Below are positions 1 to 11,917 of a stretch of DNA of 64,000 nt, piece after piece; within the stretch, counting starts at the first letter, position 1, and every line of letters starts with the position of its first letter. The notes beneath the pieces are model-generated. The model searched no databases. It had not been told where the DNA came from and saw only the letters and a list, made by a program, of their open reading frames with translations. Both the position numbers and the translations under genes were made by a program. This DNA is from Octopus sinensis (taxonomy: Eukaryota): contig NC_043000.1 in NCBI RefSeq assembly GCF_006345805.1, positions 160,952,001 through 161,016,000 of the forward strand, given 5' to 3'.

Positions 1-893
1 CATTTGTCCCCTCACACACACATATACGTGCACGAACGCACGCACACGCACACACAAACGCACATACACACACATCATAAATTTTCGATTGTCACTCAAA
101 TAAAGTTATTCGATTATATATTATATCCTTCTGGGCTCCTTATTGCTTATACTTATTTCTCATACGTGCATGTATGCATATATTTTTGTATGTATATGTG
201 TTATTTAAAAGGCAGAGCACATCTCAATCGTGAAACCCCGGTGATCGATTTGTTTTTTACGCTCTCTTCAGGAAAGCCGGTTTAGCAATTTTTAAGCCAT
301 ATAACTATGCATTAAAAATGTAAACATGCTTCGATTAAAAAATTGAACGTAGCTTTCCACTGAAAGGGCGTGAAAAGAATCATGTGCAACTGACAGTAGA
401 GAAGTGTAAATGATTTTCATATACCTAATATGTATGTATAGATCTGCGTCAGAACTCAATATTGATTTGAGCAACCATAGACGGATAATCAGAAATGCTT
501 TTGACATCAAAGAAAGTCAGAGAGACGTCAATCATCAGTGAATATGGAGCAGTCGACAAGTGTGTGCATGTGTTTGCGATTGCATGTGTGTATGTATGTG
601 TGTGTGTGTGTGTATGTGTGTATGTGTATAAGATGACACCGTGATGTCCTTCAGAAATATATTGATGGTAAGTTTCTACATTTAACGGTAGACCGCTTTA
701 GTTGCTCGTTGTAATGAAGATGCCAAGTAGATTATGCTGCAGTGGAAGGTGCAACTGCACATGCTAATTGCAGCAGAAACACGTGTCGGTCAATTTAACC
801 AAATAAATGTGCTGTTTGGCCAACTGTAAATTTAGAAGAAAAATTAGACGTTGTACTACTTTCCGTATTCTTTGTAATTGTTTCATACATACA

Positions 894-1001
<108 letters not shown>

Positions 1002-1472
1002 TAACAGGAGAGCCTTGAGCCTTTGCGGCGACTCTGTAGCCTGGAAGAAAAGGGGATTTTATCATCTGACTAGTGACCCTGTAGGGATGCTTTGGACAAA
1101 ATGGGCTCCACTATAGGCACCAAACGACTATATATTAAAGGTGATAAATAAATGAATGGTTTATGTCTACCCGAATACATTTATATAATGGTTTAGTATA
1201 TCAATACGTGAGACTTTATATGTTTGTTCTAAGTGCTAGAAATAATAGTCAGATCACTCCTGACACCTTAGAAAACCTCACAGTCTGAGATATGTATTCG
1301 CTTCTCTGCTCATACAAAAATAGAAAGAAACCAAACGGAATAGTCATGGTTGAAACGTTTTTGGTCATAAGTCTGTTTGACAGGGTCAACCTGAAGCTGA
1401 ACAAAATAAATAATACATATATTAAATGAAACTAGAAAATATATATAGAACACTTTTTAACAAACAGTAGAT

Positions 1473-1876
1473 ATGTGGTAAGTAGCTTGCTTACCAACCA
1501 CATGGTTCCGGGTTCAGTCCCACTGCGTAGCACCTTGGGCAAGTGTCTTCTACTATAGCCCCGGGCCGACCAAAGCCTTGTGAATGGATTTGGTAGACGG
1601 AAACTGAAAGAAGCCCATCGTATATATGTATATATATGTATATGTGTGTGTGTGCGTGTATGTTTGTGTTTGTCCCCCTAGCATCGCTTGACAACCGATG
1701 CTGGTGTGTTTATGTCCCCGTCACTTAGCGGTTCGGAATAAGAGACCGATAGAATAAGTACTGGGCTTACAAAGAATAAGTCCCGGGGTCGAGTTGCTCG
1801 ATTAAAGGTGGTGCTCCAGCATGGCCGCAGTCAAATGACTGAAACAAGTAAAAGAGTAAAAGAGTAAAAGAGAGAG
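1473..1876 (+). mobile_element. tRNA-derived SINE, family A (near full length)
   Basis: tRNA-like head with B-box-like GGTTCAGTCCC, body GCACCTTGGGCAAGTGTCTTCTACTATAGCC, internal (TA)/(TG) tract, and 3' tail GGTGGTGCTCCAGCATGGCC...GAAACAAG(TAAAAGAG)n. The same sequence recurs many times in the window. Confidence 0.85.
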
Positions 1877-2081
1877 TACATTTTTACAAATAGTACGCTT
1901 TTAACAAATAATATATTTTTTAAAATAAATTACACATTTTAAAATTAATATGTAAAGTACTAAACTTTCAAATGACACTTGTATTCTCAACGTAATTCTA
2001 TGGCAGAATGAGCGTGGTGCAGTTTGGTTGGGACTTTAGATTACAGGTACTGTCCATTATCAAAAAATTGTTGTTTATTAA

Positions 2082-2935
2082 GGCGGCGAGCTGGCAGAAT
2101 CGTTAACACGCCGGGCGAAATGCGTAGCCGTATTTCGTCTGCCGCTATGTTTTTATTTCATATTCCGCCGAGGTCGACTTTACCTTTCATCCTCTCGGGG
2201 TCGATAAATTAAGTACCAGTTACGCACTGGATCGATATAATCGACTTAATCCGTTTGTCTGTCCGAGTTTGTCCCCTCTGTGTGTAGCCCCTTGTGGGCA
2301 GTAAAGAAATGGGTATTTCGTCTGCCGTTACGTTCTGAGTTCAAATTCCGCTGAGGTCGACTTTGCCTTTCATCCTTTCGGGGTCGATAAATTAAGTACC
2401 AGTTACGCACTGGGGTCTATGTAATCGACTTAATCCGTTTGTCTCTCCTTGTTTGTCCTCTCTATGTTTAGCCTCTTCTGAGTAATAAAGAAATAAGAAA
2501 AGTTTGCACGCAAGGCGAAATGCTTAGCTGTATTTCTGTCTTTACGTTCTGAGTTCAAACTCTGCCGAGGTCGATTTTTGCCTTTCATACTTTCGCGGTC
2601 GAGAAATTAAGTACCAGTTGCGTACTGTGGTCGATCTAAACGCCTGGCCCCCTCCGCCATAATTTCGGGCCTTGTACCTAGAGTAGGAGAAAAAAAACGT
2701 TATTTATTATTTCAGCAATTCGGGGAAATGGTAGAATAGTTAACGCGCCGGGGTAAAAAAAAATGCTTTGTGGCATTTCGTCAGTCTTTACATTCTAAGT
2801 TCGAATCCCGTTTACATCGATTTTGCTTTCGATGTTCACAAAATAAGTACTAGTGGATCCCTGGGTGTCGATGTAATCGATAACCCCTCTCTCCCGAAAT
2901 TTGTGCCTGTACTAGAAAGGATTGTTTACTATTTC
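2082..2935 (+). mobile_element. Cluster of about 4 full or partial copies of tRNA-derived SINE family B (Nin/Deu-like central domain)
   Basis: Head GGCGGCGAGCTGGCAGAA...GAGTTCAAATTCCGCCGAGG and core GCCTTTCATCCTTTCGGGGTCGATAAATTAAGTACC, which resembles the Nin/Deu SINE domain, repeated at ~2082, ~2312, ~2510 and ~2720. Confidence 0.8.
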
Positions 2936-3909
2936 TATGATCAGGCAGCTCATTTGATTACCTTTACTTATTCTGAGCTACTTGAAAGGTGAGGTTCACT
3001 TCCCTCTCTTCTATTTGTTGATACCTTTGTTTATCTACTAATGCATTGTTTCACCTTAAGGATGCTTATTTAGCCATCCATTATGATATTTCGAACGCGA
3101 CATCTTTTCACAGGGAACTGCTAAATGTTCAAAGCAGTATTTGTGAACTGAAGTCAAATTCTTCATGTCTTCATTTTTTGTTTCATGAAGTCAGTTTCAG
3201 AGTGGTCGTAGCAAATACATTCCTTTAGCTCTACTTTTTCAACGTACCATTTTCGAACGTACTGTTGAATAAAATAAACTCGCAGAGGGAAAGTTTCAAC
3301 ATCTTCCTTCAATGTCCTTACATCATTTATGTGGCTGATTCTGACAAGATATTTCACTTTCATGTAAAACAACTATATTTTGTAGTCATTATCCGTAACC
3401 TACTCCCAAAACACTTCTGTAACTTTACTTCGCATCTTTTATGTTCTATTACCTTTAAAGTGCAATGATCTCCCCAATAACCAGCAATCAATTTGGTTTT
3501 CTGTTCCTAGGTTAATCGGAAACTTAGATTGCCGTGCTACTCATAAACCTTCTTGATAGTTCAATTATTTGCTGAAAGAAAAAATACCACTAAAGCAACT
3601 GAAACCGTTCAAAGGAAGGGTGCATTTGTTAGTATCTTTGTATTTTCTTTATATAATTTTTCAATCGCTTTATTAAATTCTTTGAAAATTGAAACGTCTT
3701 AGATTTACTTCTGTACTGTTTCCACCTCTAACTTATATATATATATATAATATATATATATATTTAGTGAGGGAAGAAATGGAGCTGAACGAAGATTTTA
3801 CAAAATTCCTTTTTATTATTTTCTACACTTGTGCCTGTTGTGATTTTTGCTACCCAGGTATCGGTTATAATTTGAATAATCCGTAACAAGATAATTCATT
3901 TATCCATTT

Positions 3910-3924
<15 letters not shown>

Positions 3925-3954
<30 letters not shown>

Positions 3955-3971
3955 ATTATATATATATATAT

Positions 3972-4007
<36 letters not shown>

Positions 4008-4725
4008 GTGTGTGTGTGGTGTGTGTGTGTGTGTGTGTGTATGTATTGGAAAATGTGTGAGATCCTTGGTACAGTTAGGTGTATTTGAAAAAAGAAAAAG
4101 AAAGAATTCACTGTTAGTTCTAATCATTTTATTTTATTATTTTTTAGCTTTTTAATAATATAAATTTTAGTTCAAAGATTTTGTTATTTCTTTGTTAACT
4201 TGGGTGTGGAGATTAAAAAAAAATACTTGTTAACTTTTTTGGAGAACTTTCTCGCATCCGTTGTCAAACAGATTTGAGGATTTGGGTTTTTGTTTATTCT
4301 ATATAAGGGATTTGGGCGTGTTTGGGGTTTGTTAATCAGTGTGGAATTGAAAGTAGCCAATGGTCAACACAAAATGCTTGATTAGGGTCAAGTTGGGAGG
4401 TGGTGGGGAGTTAAAGGTGTGTTTTGTGAAACCATTTGAATAGTTGAATTTTGGTCAGAAATCTAATGACCAGATGTTTTTCCAAATTCTTTCTTTTAGT
4501 AATTTTCTATAGTTTAGGTGTGTGTCTGGGGTGGTGGTGTTAATGAGATGTAAGATATATGTTTTTTGATAAACAATTTTGTTTTTTTATATATATCTTT
4601 TTGTTTTGGAAGTGATGTGGGGGGAGATCATGCTAGCTCAAAAAGTATATATACATCTATATATAAATAGATAAAACTTGCTTGGAAGAGGATGTGTGGT
4701 GTTCAATCACATAATAATATCAACA

Positions 4726-4768
<43 letters not shown>

Positions 4769-4785
4769 TATATATATATATATAT

Positions 4786-4853
<68 letters not shown>

Positions 4854-5535
4854 ATTGGAAAATGTGTGAGATCCTTGGTACAGTTAGGTGTATTTGAAAA
4901 AAGAAAAAGAAAGAATTCACTGTTAGTTCTAATCATTTTATTTTATTATTTTTTAGCTTTTTAATAATATAAATTTTAGTTCAAAGATTTTGTTATTTCT
5001 TTGTTAACTTGGGTGTGGAGATTAAAAAAAAATACTTGTTAACTTTTTTGGAGAACTTTCTCGCATCCGTTGTCAAACAGATTTGAGGATTTGGGTTTTT
5101 GTTTATTCTATATAAGGGATTTGGGTGTGTTTGGGGTTTGTTAATCAGTGTGGAATTGAAAGTAGCCAATGGTCAACACAAAATGCTTGATTAGGGTCAA
5201 GTTGGGAGGTGGTGGGGAGTTAAAGGTGTGTTTTGTGAAACCATTTGAATAGTTGAGTTTTGGTCAGAAATCTAATGACCAGATGTTTTTCCAAATTCTT
5301 TCTTTTAGTAATTTTCTATAGTTTAGGTGTGTGTCTGGGGTGGTGGTGTTAATGAGATGTAAGATATATGTTTTTTGATAAACAATTTTGTTTTTTTATA
5401 TATATCTTTTTGGTTTGGGAAGTGATGTGGGGGGAGATCATGCTAGCTCAAAAAGTATATATACATCTATATATAAATAGATAAAACTTGCTTGGAAGAG
5501 GATGTGTGGTGTTCAATCACATAATAATATCAACA

Positions 5536-5575
<40 letters not shown>

Positions 5576-5600
5576 TATATATATTATATATATATATATA
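3925..5600. repeat. Near-identical ~809-bp tandem duplication (2 copies), possibly a degenerate Penelope-like fragment
   Basis: Unique part 4041-4730 recurs at 4850-5540 with only a few substitutions. The minus strand gives a weak QNCLSKNIY..T..NY match to the GIY-YIG region. Confidence 0.8.
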
Positions 5601-5622
5601 TATATGTATATGCATATGTGAA

Positions 5623-6497
5623 CACAGGACGTCACGAAACGTGTACAACAAAAAATGCGAAGTACCAGTACATGGAATATGAACAAAGAAAGACACATAT
5701 GGAAAACAAGATAAACAGCACAAAGAACAACCCTTCATCAGTTGTTGGCCGTTTTTCTACTCTCGTATTTCGAGCATTTAACAAGATACACTTTCCGTAA
5801 AAGAGTTGCTCCTGCAAAGCAAATTAAATAAAATTTGGGATTTTGCGGAGGGTCAAACTTTTAACATAAACAGAGACAGTGAAAACAAACAGGAAGGGCT
5901 GCTAAGCCTAAACGAGGTTGGCGAACGCGTAAATCAAGTTTGGACAGGGCCAGACAAGAACACGTCTTCCTTGATCCAGCTACAACGGAGAGAAAGAAAC
6001 ACAAGTTAGGAGAAGAACGATGGCCGATGGTCACGTGGGAACCACGTGAGCAAGGGCGGAAGAGTGAGCGAGAGAGAGTGACAGACCGAGAACTGTAAAG
6101 GGGGGTCAAAAATATTGGAGAGTGGATAAAGGAAAAAAGAAGAGGAGACGGAGAAGGGGAGGTAGAAGAATAAGGGAAAGGAAGGGAGAAAAAACGAAAG
6201 AGTAATAGGATAGAATAATGGGAGAAGATGAGGTAAAGAATAAAAGAGAGAAAGAGACAAAAACAAAAGAGCAAAAAGATAATAGAGTGCGCATCAGAAT
6301 TATTAAGACAAAACTTACTTGAAAGAAGATGCGTGGCGTTCAATCATATAATAATATAAATAATGTTTGTGTGTGTACTTATATACATACGTTTGTCTTG
6401 TTTTCCACTTGTGTCTTTCGTTGTTCGAAGAAATACTTCATATTCCAGGTACTAGTACTTCAAATTTTTTGTTGTACACGTTTTGTGACGTCCTGTG
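5623..6497. repeat. Dispersed repeat with inverted end segments
   Basis: 5623-5683 is an imperfect reverse complement of 6437-6497. The internal part ~6000-6310 recurs inverted at ~12537-12800. Confidence 0.6.
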
Positions 6498-6558
6498 CCC
6501 AGATATGCATATATATATATACGCATAGATGTATGTACATATACGTATTTATATATGT

Positions 6559-6591
<33 letters not shown>

Positions 6592-6627
6592 TATATAATA
6601 TATATATATATATATGACCTCTCCTAT

Positions 6628-6662
6628 GTTTCCGACGAAGAGCTCAGCTCGAAACGTTAAAC
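6628..6662 (+). ncRNA. Minimal type I hammerhead ribozyme motif, variant core (U4>C)
   Basis: GTTT-CCGACGA-A-GAGC-tca-GCTC-GAAA-CGT-T-AAAC. Stem I GTTT/AAAC, stem II GAGC/GCTC, palindromic ACGT stem III. Confidence 0.55.
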
Positions 6663-6766
6663 CCTCCTTCTTTCCTTCTTTCCTAAGCGTCCAATAATAC
6701 TATATTTGTTCCACATCCTCGCGTTGTTGTGTTTTTTTTTGTGCTTTCTTGTTTGGATTAACTTTA

Positions 6767-6804
<38 letters not shown>

Positions 6805-6833
6805 AATACATATATACATATATATATATATAT

Positions 6834-6866
<33 letters not shown>

Positions 6867-7424
6867 AGTTTCCATGTGACTACAGACCATTTTTCCTCAC
6901 CTGTCTTTTCTAGATGCGATGCGTACTTAGCTGGACGTAATTTTGTATCGCCTCCCGAAATTTCTTTCCCTTTTTTTCTTTCCTGCTATTTTCTTCTCTT
7001 TCATTTATTCTCTATCCTTATCAAAACTTCTCGCGGGCGTTACCCATTACAATTCGTCTTAGCCTAACAGCCCTTACTATTTGTCTTCGTCGATTGTTTA
7101 CTCTGTACGTTCATTCGGTCGTTGCTTCTTCGTTAGAAGCTCTAAATCTCCAGAAATTTTATATTTTTAAAATTTCTGGAAGCCACTGTTTATGAAGTTT
7201 CTGATATTGTTGAAAGCTCGAAATAGGTAGTAATTAACAGTCAACAACTGAGTGGGGTTTAGAATTCTTTTGGTACTTTTTCCTGTACTTCTCTCTCGTG
7301 TGTACGTATCTTTCACTCTTTGATGATGTCCTATTCTTACTGGATATTATTTTGGTAATTTGTCCGGTACTTATCGCTCGTGTGTCTATTTAATTTTCAC
7401 TCGTTGGTAGTCCTCTACCTGATG

Positions 7425-7464
<40 letters not shown>

Positions 7465-7597
7465 TATAGATATATATATATATATATATATAATTTCAAC
7501 AATTGAGGGTAAAATTAATTAATTATTAATCAATTTCACCAAGTATTCAGTATATGTAAAGGGACAATATAGGCGAATTCAAAATATTACATTATAT

Positions 7598-7790
7598 ATA
7601 AGGCTTAGTAAAATAAATTACTTTGCACATACTGAACTCATTAGAAATAGCAGTAAAGAAATTTCTTCAGCTATTTCTAATACTTAAAGAAGATCTCTCT
7701 TCTTTAAGTATTAGAAATAGCTGAAGAAATTTCTTTAGCTGCTATTTCTAATGAGTTCAGTATGTGGCAAAGTAATTTATTTTACTAAGC

Positions 7791-7796
<6 letters not shown>
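7598..7796. repeat. Near-perfect palindrome (~95-bp arms, 4-nt TCTC loop) at the end of a diverged partial relative of the 555-nt unit
   Basis: ...TTAAAGAAGA (7684-7693) TCTC TCTTCTTTAA (7698-7707)...; the arms extend to the flanking (TA)n. Sequence 7490-7680 is homologous to the 555-nt unit. Confidence 0.85.
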
Positions 7797-7839
<43 letters not shown>

Positions 7840-7864
7840 TATTTATATTATATTATATATATAC

Positions 7865-7916
<52 letters not shown>

Positions 7917-7932
7917 TATATTATATACATAC

Positions 7933-7966
<34 letters not shown>

Positions 7967-8260
7967 CTAATGTGGTGGTTTAATAAAGTATGTGATTTGG
8001 TATTATCTGGTAGTTGATATTTGATTTGGATGTATTTCTCCATTTTCTTATTTTGTATTATAAATTTGTGGTAAAACATTTTACCTTTGCCCATATAATA
8101 CAGTAAATGAATTAATTGCATCGCAATTCTTAACATTTATGTATTAACTTTGTTGGGTACTCACTAGCAGTCTATTGGATATATGTTATCCCATGGAGGG
8201 TTGCATTTACAACCCCTATCACAATTTGTATATATATATAATATATAATATATATATATA

Positions 8261-8291
<31 letters not shown>

Positions 8292-8468
8292 GGCTTAGTA
8301 AAATAATTACTTTGCCGCATACTGAACTCATTAGAAATAGCAGCTAAAAAAAACTTTTTTAAAACTATTTCTAATACTTAAAGAAAACCTCTCTCATATA
8401 CTGTTTGCTCAATTCACTCACGAAAGTATGGGGGTAAATACATTAAAAAATCAAATGCAAAGGTTATT

Positions 8469-8517
8469 TGAGAACGTACGTTTCAAGATTAGTCAACACA
8501 CTTCTATCATCAGTTCA
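8469..8517 (-). ncRNA. Type I hammerhead ribozyme motif, array copy 1
   Basis: Minus strand TGAA-CTGATGA-[stem II]-GAAA-CGTACG-T-T-CTCA. There is one mismatch in stem I and a 3-nt deletion in stem II relative to the other copies. Confidence 0.55.
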
Positions 8518-9009
8518 GAACTCCTTGGTTTGGATTTGAAAACACTGAAAGTAGGAGCATACCCTTTCGGCTTCTTATCGCTTCTGAGATCTGCTCGAAA
8601 CTAACAGTGCCAGCAAACTCAAATATGCAGCGAAGAATTCTGCTCTCCCCTTTCCACCAGCGTGGGTTAAAATCAGCAAACACTATGCTTTTTTCGGTAA
8701 AATCGAGGCATTAAATAAGAGAGATGAATTTAATTTCACAATTGAGGGTAAAATTAATATTAATCAATTTCACCAAGTATTCAGTATGCAAAGGACTTTA
8801 AGGCGAATTCAAATTATTACATCATATAAAGGGCTTAGTAAAATAATTACTTTGCCGCATACTGAACTCATTAGAAATAGCAGCTAAAAAAAAAACTTTT
8901 TTAAAACTATTTCTAATACTTAAAGAAAACCTCTCTCATATAGTGTTTGCTCAATTCAACTCACGAAGTATGGGGTAAAGACATTAAAAAATCAAATGCA
9001 AAGGTTATT

Positions 9010-9061
9010 TGAGAACGTACGTTTCAAGATTAATCAACACGACACTTCTATCACCAGCTCA
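9010..9061 (-). ncRNA. Type I hammerhead ribozyme motif, array copy 2 (core A6>G)
   Basis: Minus strand TGAG-CTGGTGA-[stem II]-GAAA-CGTACG-T-T-CTCA. Confidence 0.5.
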
Positions 9062-9566
9062 GAACTCCTTGGTTTGGATTTGAAAACACTGAAAGTAGGA
9101 GCATACCCTTTCGGCTTCTTATCGCTTCTGAAGATCTGCTCGAAACTAACAGTGCCAGCAAACTCAAATATGCAAGCGAAGAATTTCTGCTTTCCCCTTT
9201 CCACCAGCGTGGGTTAAAATCAGCAAACACTATGCTTTTTACGGTAAAATCCGAGGCATTAAATAGAGAGAGATGAATTATAATTTCAACAGTTGAGGGT
9301 AAAATTAATTAATTAATCAATTTCACCAAGTATTCAGTATGCAAAGGGACCATTTAAGGCGAATTCAAATTATTACATTATATAAAAGGGCTTAGTAAAA
9401 TAAATTACTTTGCCGCATACTGAACTCATTAGAAATAGCAGCTAAAAAAAAAACTTCTTTAAAACTATTTCTAATACTTAAAGAAAACCTCTCTCATATA
9501 GTGTTTGCTCAATTCAACTCACGAAAGTATGGGGTAAAGACATTAAAAAATCAATGCAAGGGTATT

Positions 9567-9618
9567 TGAGAACGTACGTTTCAAAATTAGTCAACACGAC
9601 ACTTCTATCATCAGCTCA
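9567..9618 (-). ncRNA. Type I hammerhead ribozyme motif, array copy 3
   Basis: Minus strand TGAG-CTGATGA-TAGAAGTGTCGTGTTGACTAATTTT-GAAA-CGTACG-T-T-CTCA, with an intact core. Confidence 0.65.
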
Positions 9619-10462
9619 GAACTCCTTGGTTTGGATTTGAAAACACTGAAAGTAGGAGCATACCCTTCGGCTTCTTATCGCTTCTGAAGATCTGCTCGAA
9701 ACTACAGTGCCAGCAAACTCAAATATGCAAGCGAAGAATTTCTGCTCTCCCCTTTCCACCAGCGTGGGTTAAAATCAGCAAACACTATGCTTTTTTCGGT
9801 AAAATCCGAGGCATTAAATAGAGAGAGATGAATTATAATTTCAACAATTGAGGGTAAAATTAATTAATTAATCAATTTCACCAAGTATTCAGTATGCAAA
9901 GGGACCATTTAAGGCGAATTCAAATTATTACATTATATAAAAGGGCTTAGTAAAATAAATTACTTTGCCGCATACTGAACTCATTAGAAATCCATACTTT
10001 CGTGAGTTGAATTGAGCAAACACTATATGAGAGAGGTTTTCTTTAAGTATTAGAAATAGTTTTAAAAAAGTTTTTTTTTTAGCTGCTATTTCTAATGAGT
10101 TCAGTATGCGACAAAGTAATTTATTTTACTAAGCCCTTTTATATAATGTAATAATTTGAATTCGCCTTAAATGGTCCCTTTGCATACTGAATACTTGGTG
10201 AAATTGATTAAGTAATTAATTTTACCCTCAATTGTTGAAATTATAATTCATCTCTCTCTATTTAATGCCTCGGATTTTACCGAAAAAAGCATAGTGTTTG
10301 CTGATTTTAACCCACGCTGGTGGAAAGGGGAGAGCAGAAATTCTTCGCTTGCATATTTGAGTTTGCTGGCACTGTTAGTTTCGAGCAGATCTTCAGAAGC
10401 GATAAGAAGCCGAAAGGTTATGCTCCTACTTTCAGTGTTTTCAAATCCAAACCAAGGAGTTC

Positions 10463-10514
10463 TGAGCTGATGATAGAAGTGTCGTGTTGACTAATCTTGA
10501 AACGTACGTTCTCA
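10463..10514 (+). ncRNA. Type I hammerhead ribozyme motif, inverted copy
   Basis: TGAG-CTGATGA-TAGAAGTGTCGTGTTGACTAATCTT-GAAA-CGTACG-T-T-CTCA. Stem I TGAG/CTCA, imperfect stem II (AGA/TCT, GTC/GAC), palindromic stem III ACGTACGT. Predicted cleavage after GUU (10510). Confidence 0.75.
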
Positions 10515-11445
10515 AATAACCTTTGCATTTGATTTTTTAATGTCTTTACCCCCATACTTTCGTGAGTTGAATTGAGCAAACACTATATGAGAGAGATTTT
10601 CTTTAAGTATTAGAAATAGTTTTAAAAAAGTTTTTTTTTTAGCTATATATATATATAAATGTCACTATAACAGAAATATATATTTTGGTAAAGCGTTGCC
10701 TACTCTATTCAATGATGAACGGGTCTCATTCAAGTCATTTCGTATTATTTATATATTTATCTATTGTCTAGGATTACTTTTTCTAACGTGTCCCTTATTT
10801 TGAGCCACTCGGTGTGGTTTAGAAAGAGAGTTTGTTGCTATATTTGCCAGTTTGAATGACTACGTAGAGGGCCTGAATCATTTTTGGGAATTAGTCCTAG
10901 GCTATTTGTATTATGCATAAGTGTGTGTATGCCTGTAGATAGATATGCATCTACATACATTATATATACATAAGTACATACCTACCTACCTACCTACATA
11001 CATACATACATACATACATACATACATACATGCATATGATTTCATATTATATTTGTGAAAAGAAATCAAAAATGCGTGAAGACACATTTCAATAACAGAT
11101 TATAAGTTATTTTAATTTATTGAAATTATCTCTGCTTCCAAAGAAGGTAGAACAATCGCTTGGTAGTAACTAAATGGGACGAAAACCAAATTAGAAGGGG
11201 ACCATTTAATGCAATCACTATGAGAGATTTTTACATAACAAAAACCGGCTGATAACATTGGAGGAGATATACTCTGAGTGTTTGGCATCCAACAATTTTG
11301 ATAGCAACAACAATAAATTTAGTGAGGAGCTTCCATTGTGAGTGTGTGTGTGCGTATGTGTGAATACGTGTGCTTGTGTGCGTGGGTGGCTGTGAAAGAG
11401 AGAGGGAAAGAGAGAAATAGAGATAGTTGATGTGTGTGTGTGTGT

Positions 11446-11476
<31 letters not shown>

Positions 11477-11880
11477 ATGCGCGCATGTGTAGTCGAGTGG
11501 CATTGAATAAACTAGGCAGGATTGCAGTTAGTTAAGTGGGATTGAATGAAAGATAGAGAGAAAAGGAAAGGATAAGCAGGATGAGGGCGAATTTTGAATG
11601 AATGAATGAATGAAGTGACCGAACGATGTTGAATGAAAGTGGGAGGTTGTTTGTAGAGAGGTGGGAGGAAGAAGATGAATATTTAGAGGGTGAATGTGTG
11701 TGTGTGTGTGAGATAGTTTCTGTGTGTGACAGAGGGAGAGAGAGAGTTTGTGTGTGTGTGTGTGTTTGTGTGTGTGACAGAGAGAGAGAGTATGTGCGTG
11801 ACAGTGAGAGTGTATGTGTGTTTGTGTGTGTGACAGTGTGTGCGTGTGTGAAAGTGTGTATGTGTGCGTGATGGAGAGAG

Positions 11881-11917
<37 letters not shown>

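Larger units (their letters stand above)
8291..10645. repeat. Head-to-tail array of a ~555-nt hammerhead-bearing non-coding unit (3 copies plus a partial), followed by an inverted ~1.2-unit copy
   Basis: Unit starts at 8291, 8831, 9388 and 9943. Orientation switches at 9991/9992, and 9992-10645 is the reverse complement of the unit. (TA)n flanks on both sides. Confidence 0.92.

Noticed and set aside
1473-1545. tRNA-like sequence at SINE heads
   Set aside because: There is no complete cloverleaf, and the sequence continues into the SINE body, so these are not tRNA genes.
9128-9146. CTGAAGA...GAAA on the opposite strand of the 555-nt unit (possible ambisense ribozyme)
   Set aside because: The 7 nt between the motifs cannot form stem II, position 17 would be G, and copy 1 lacks the motif.
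10092-10135. CTAATGA...AAAGTAA/TTACTA second hammerhead-like pattern in the unit
   Set aside because: It has two core mismatches, no GAAA and no adequate stem I.
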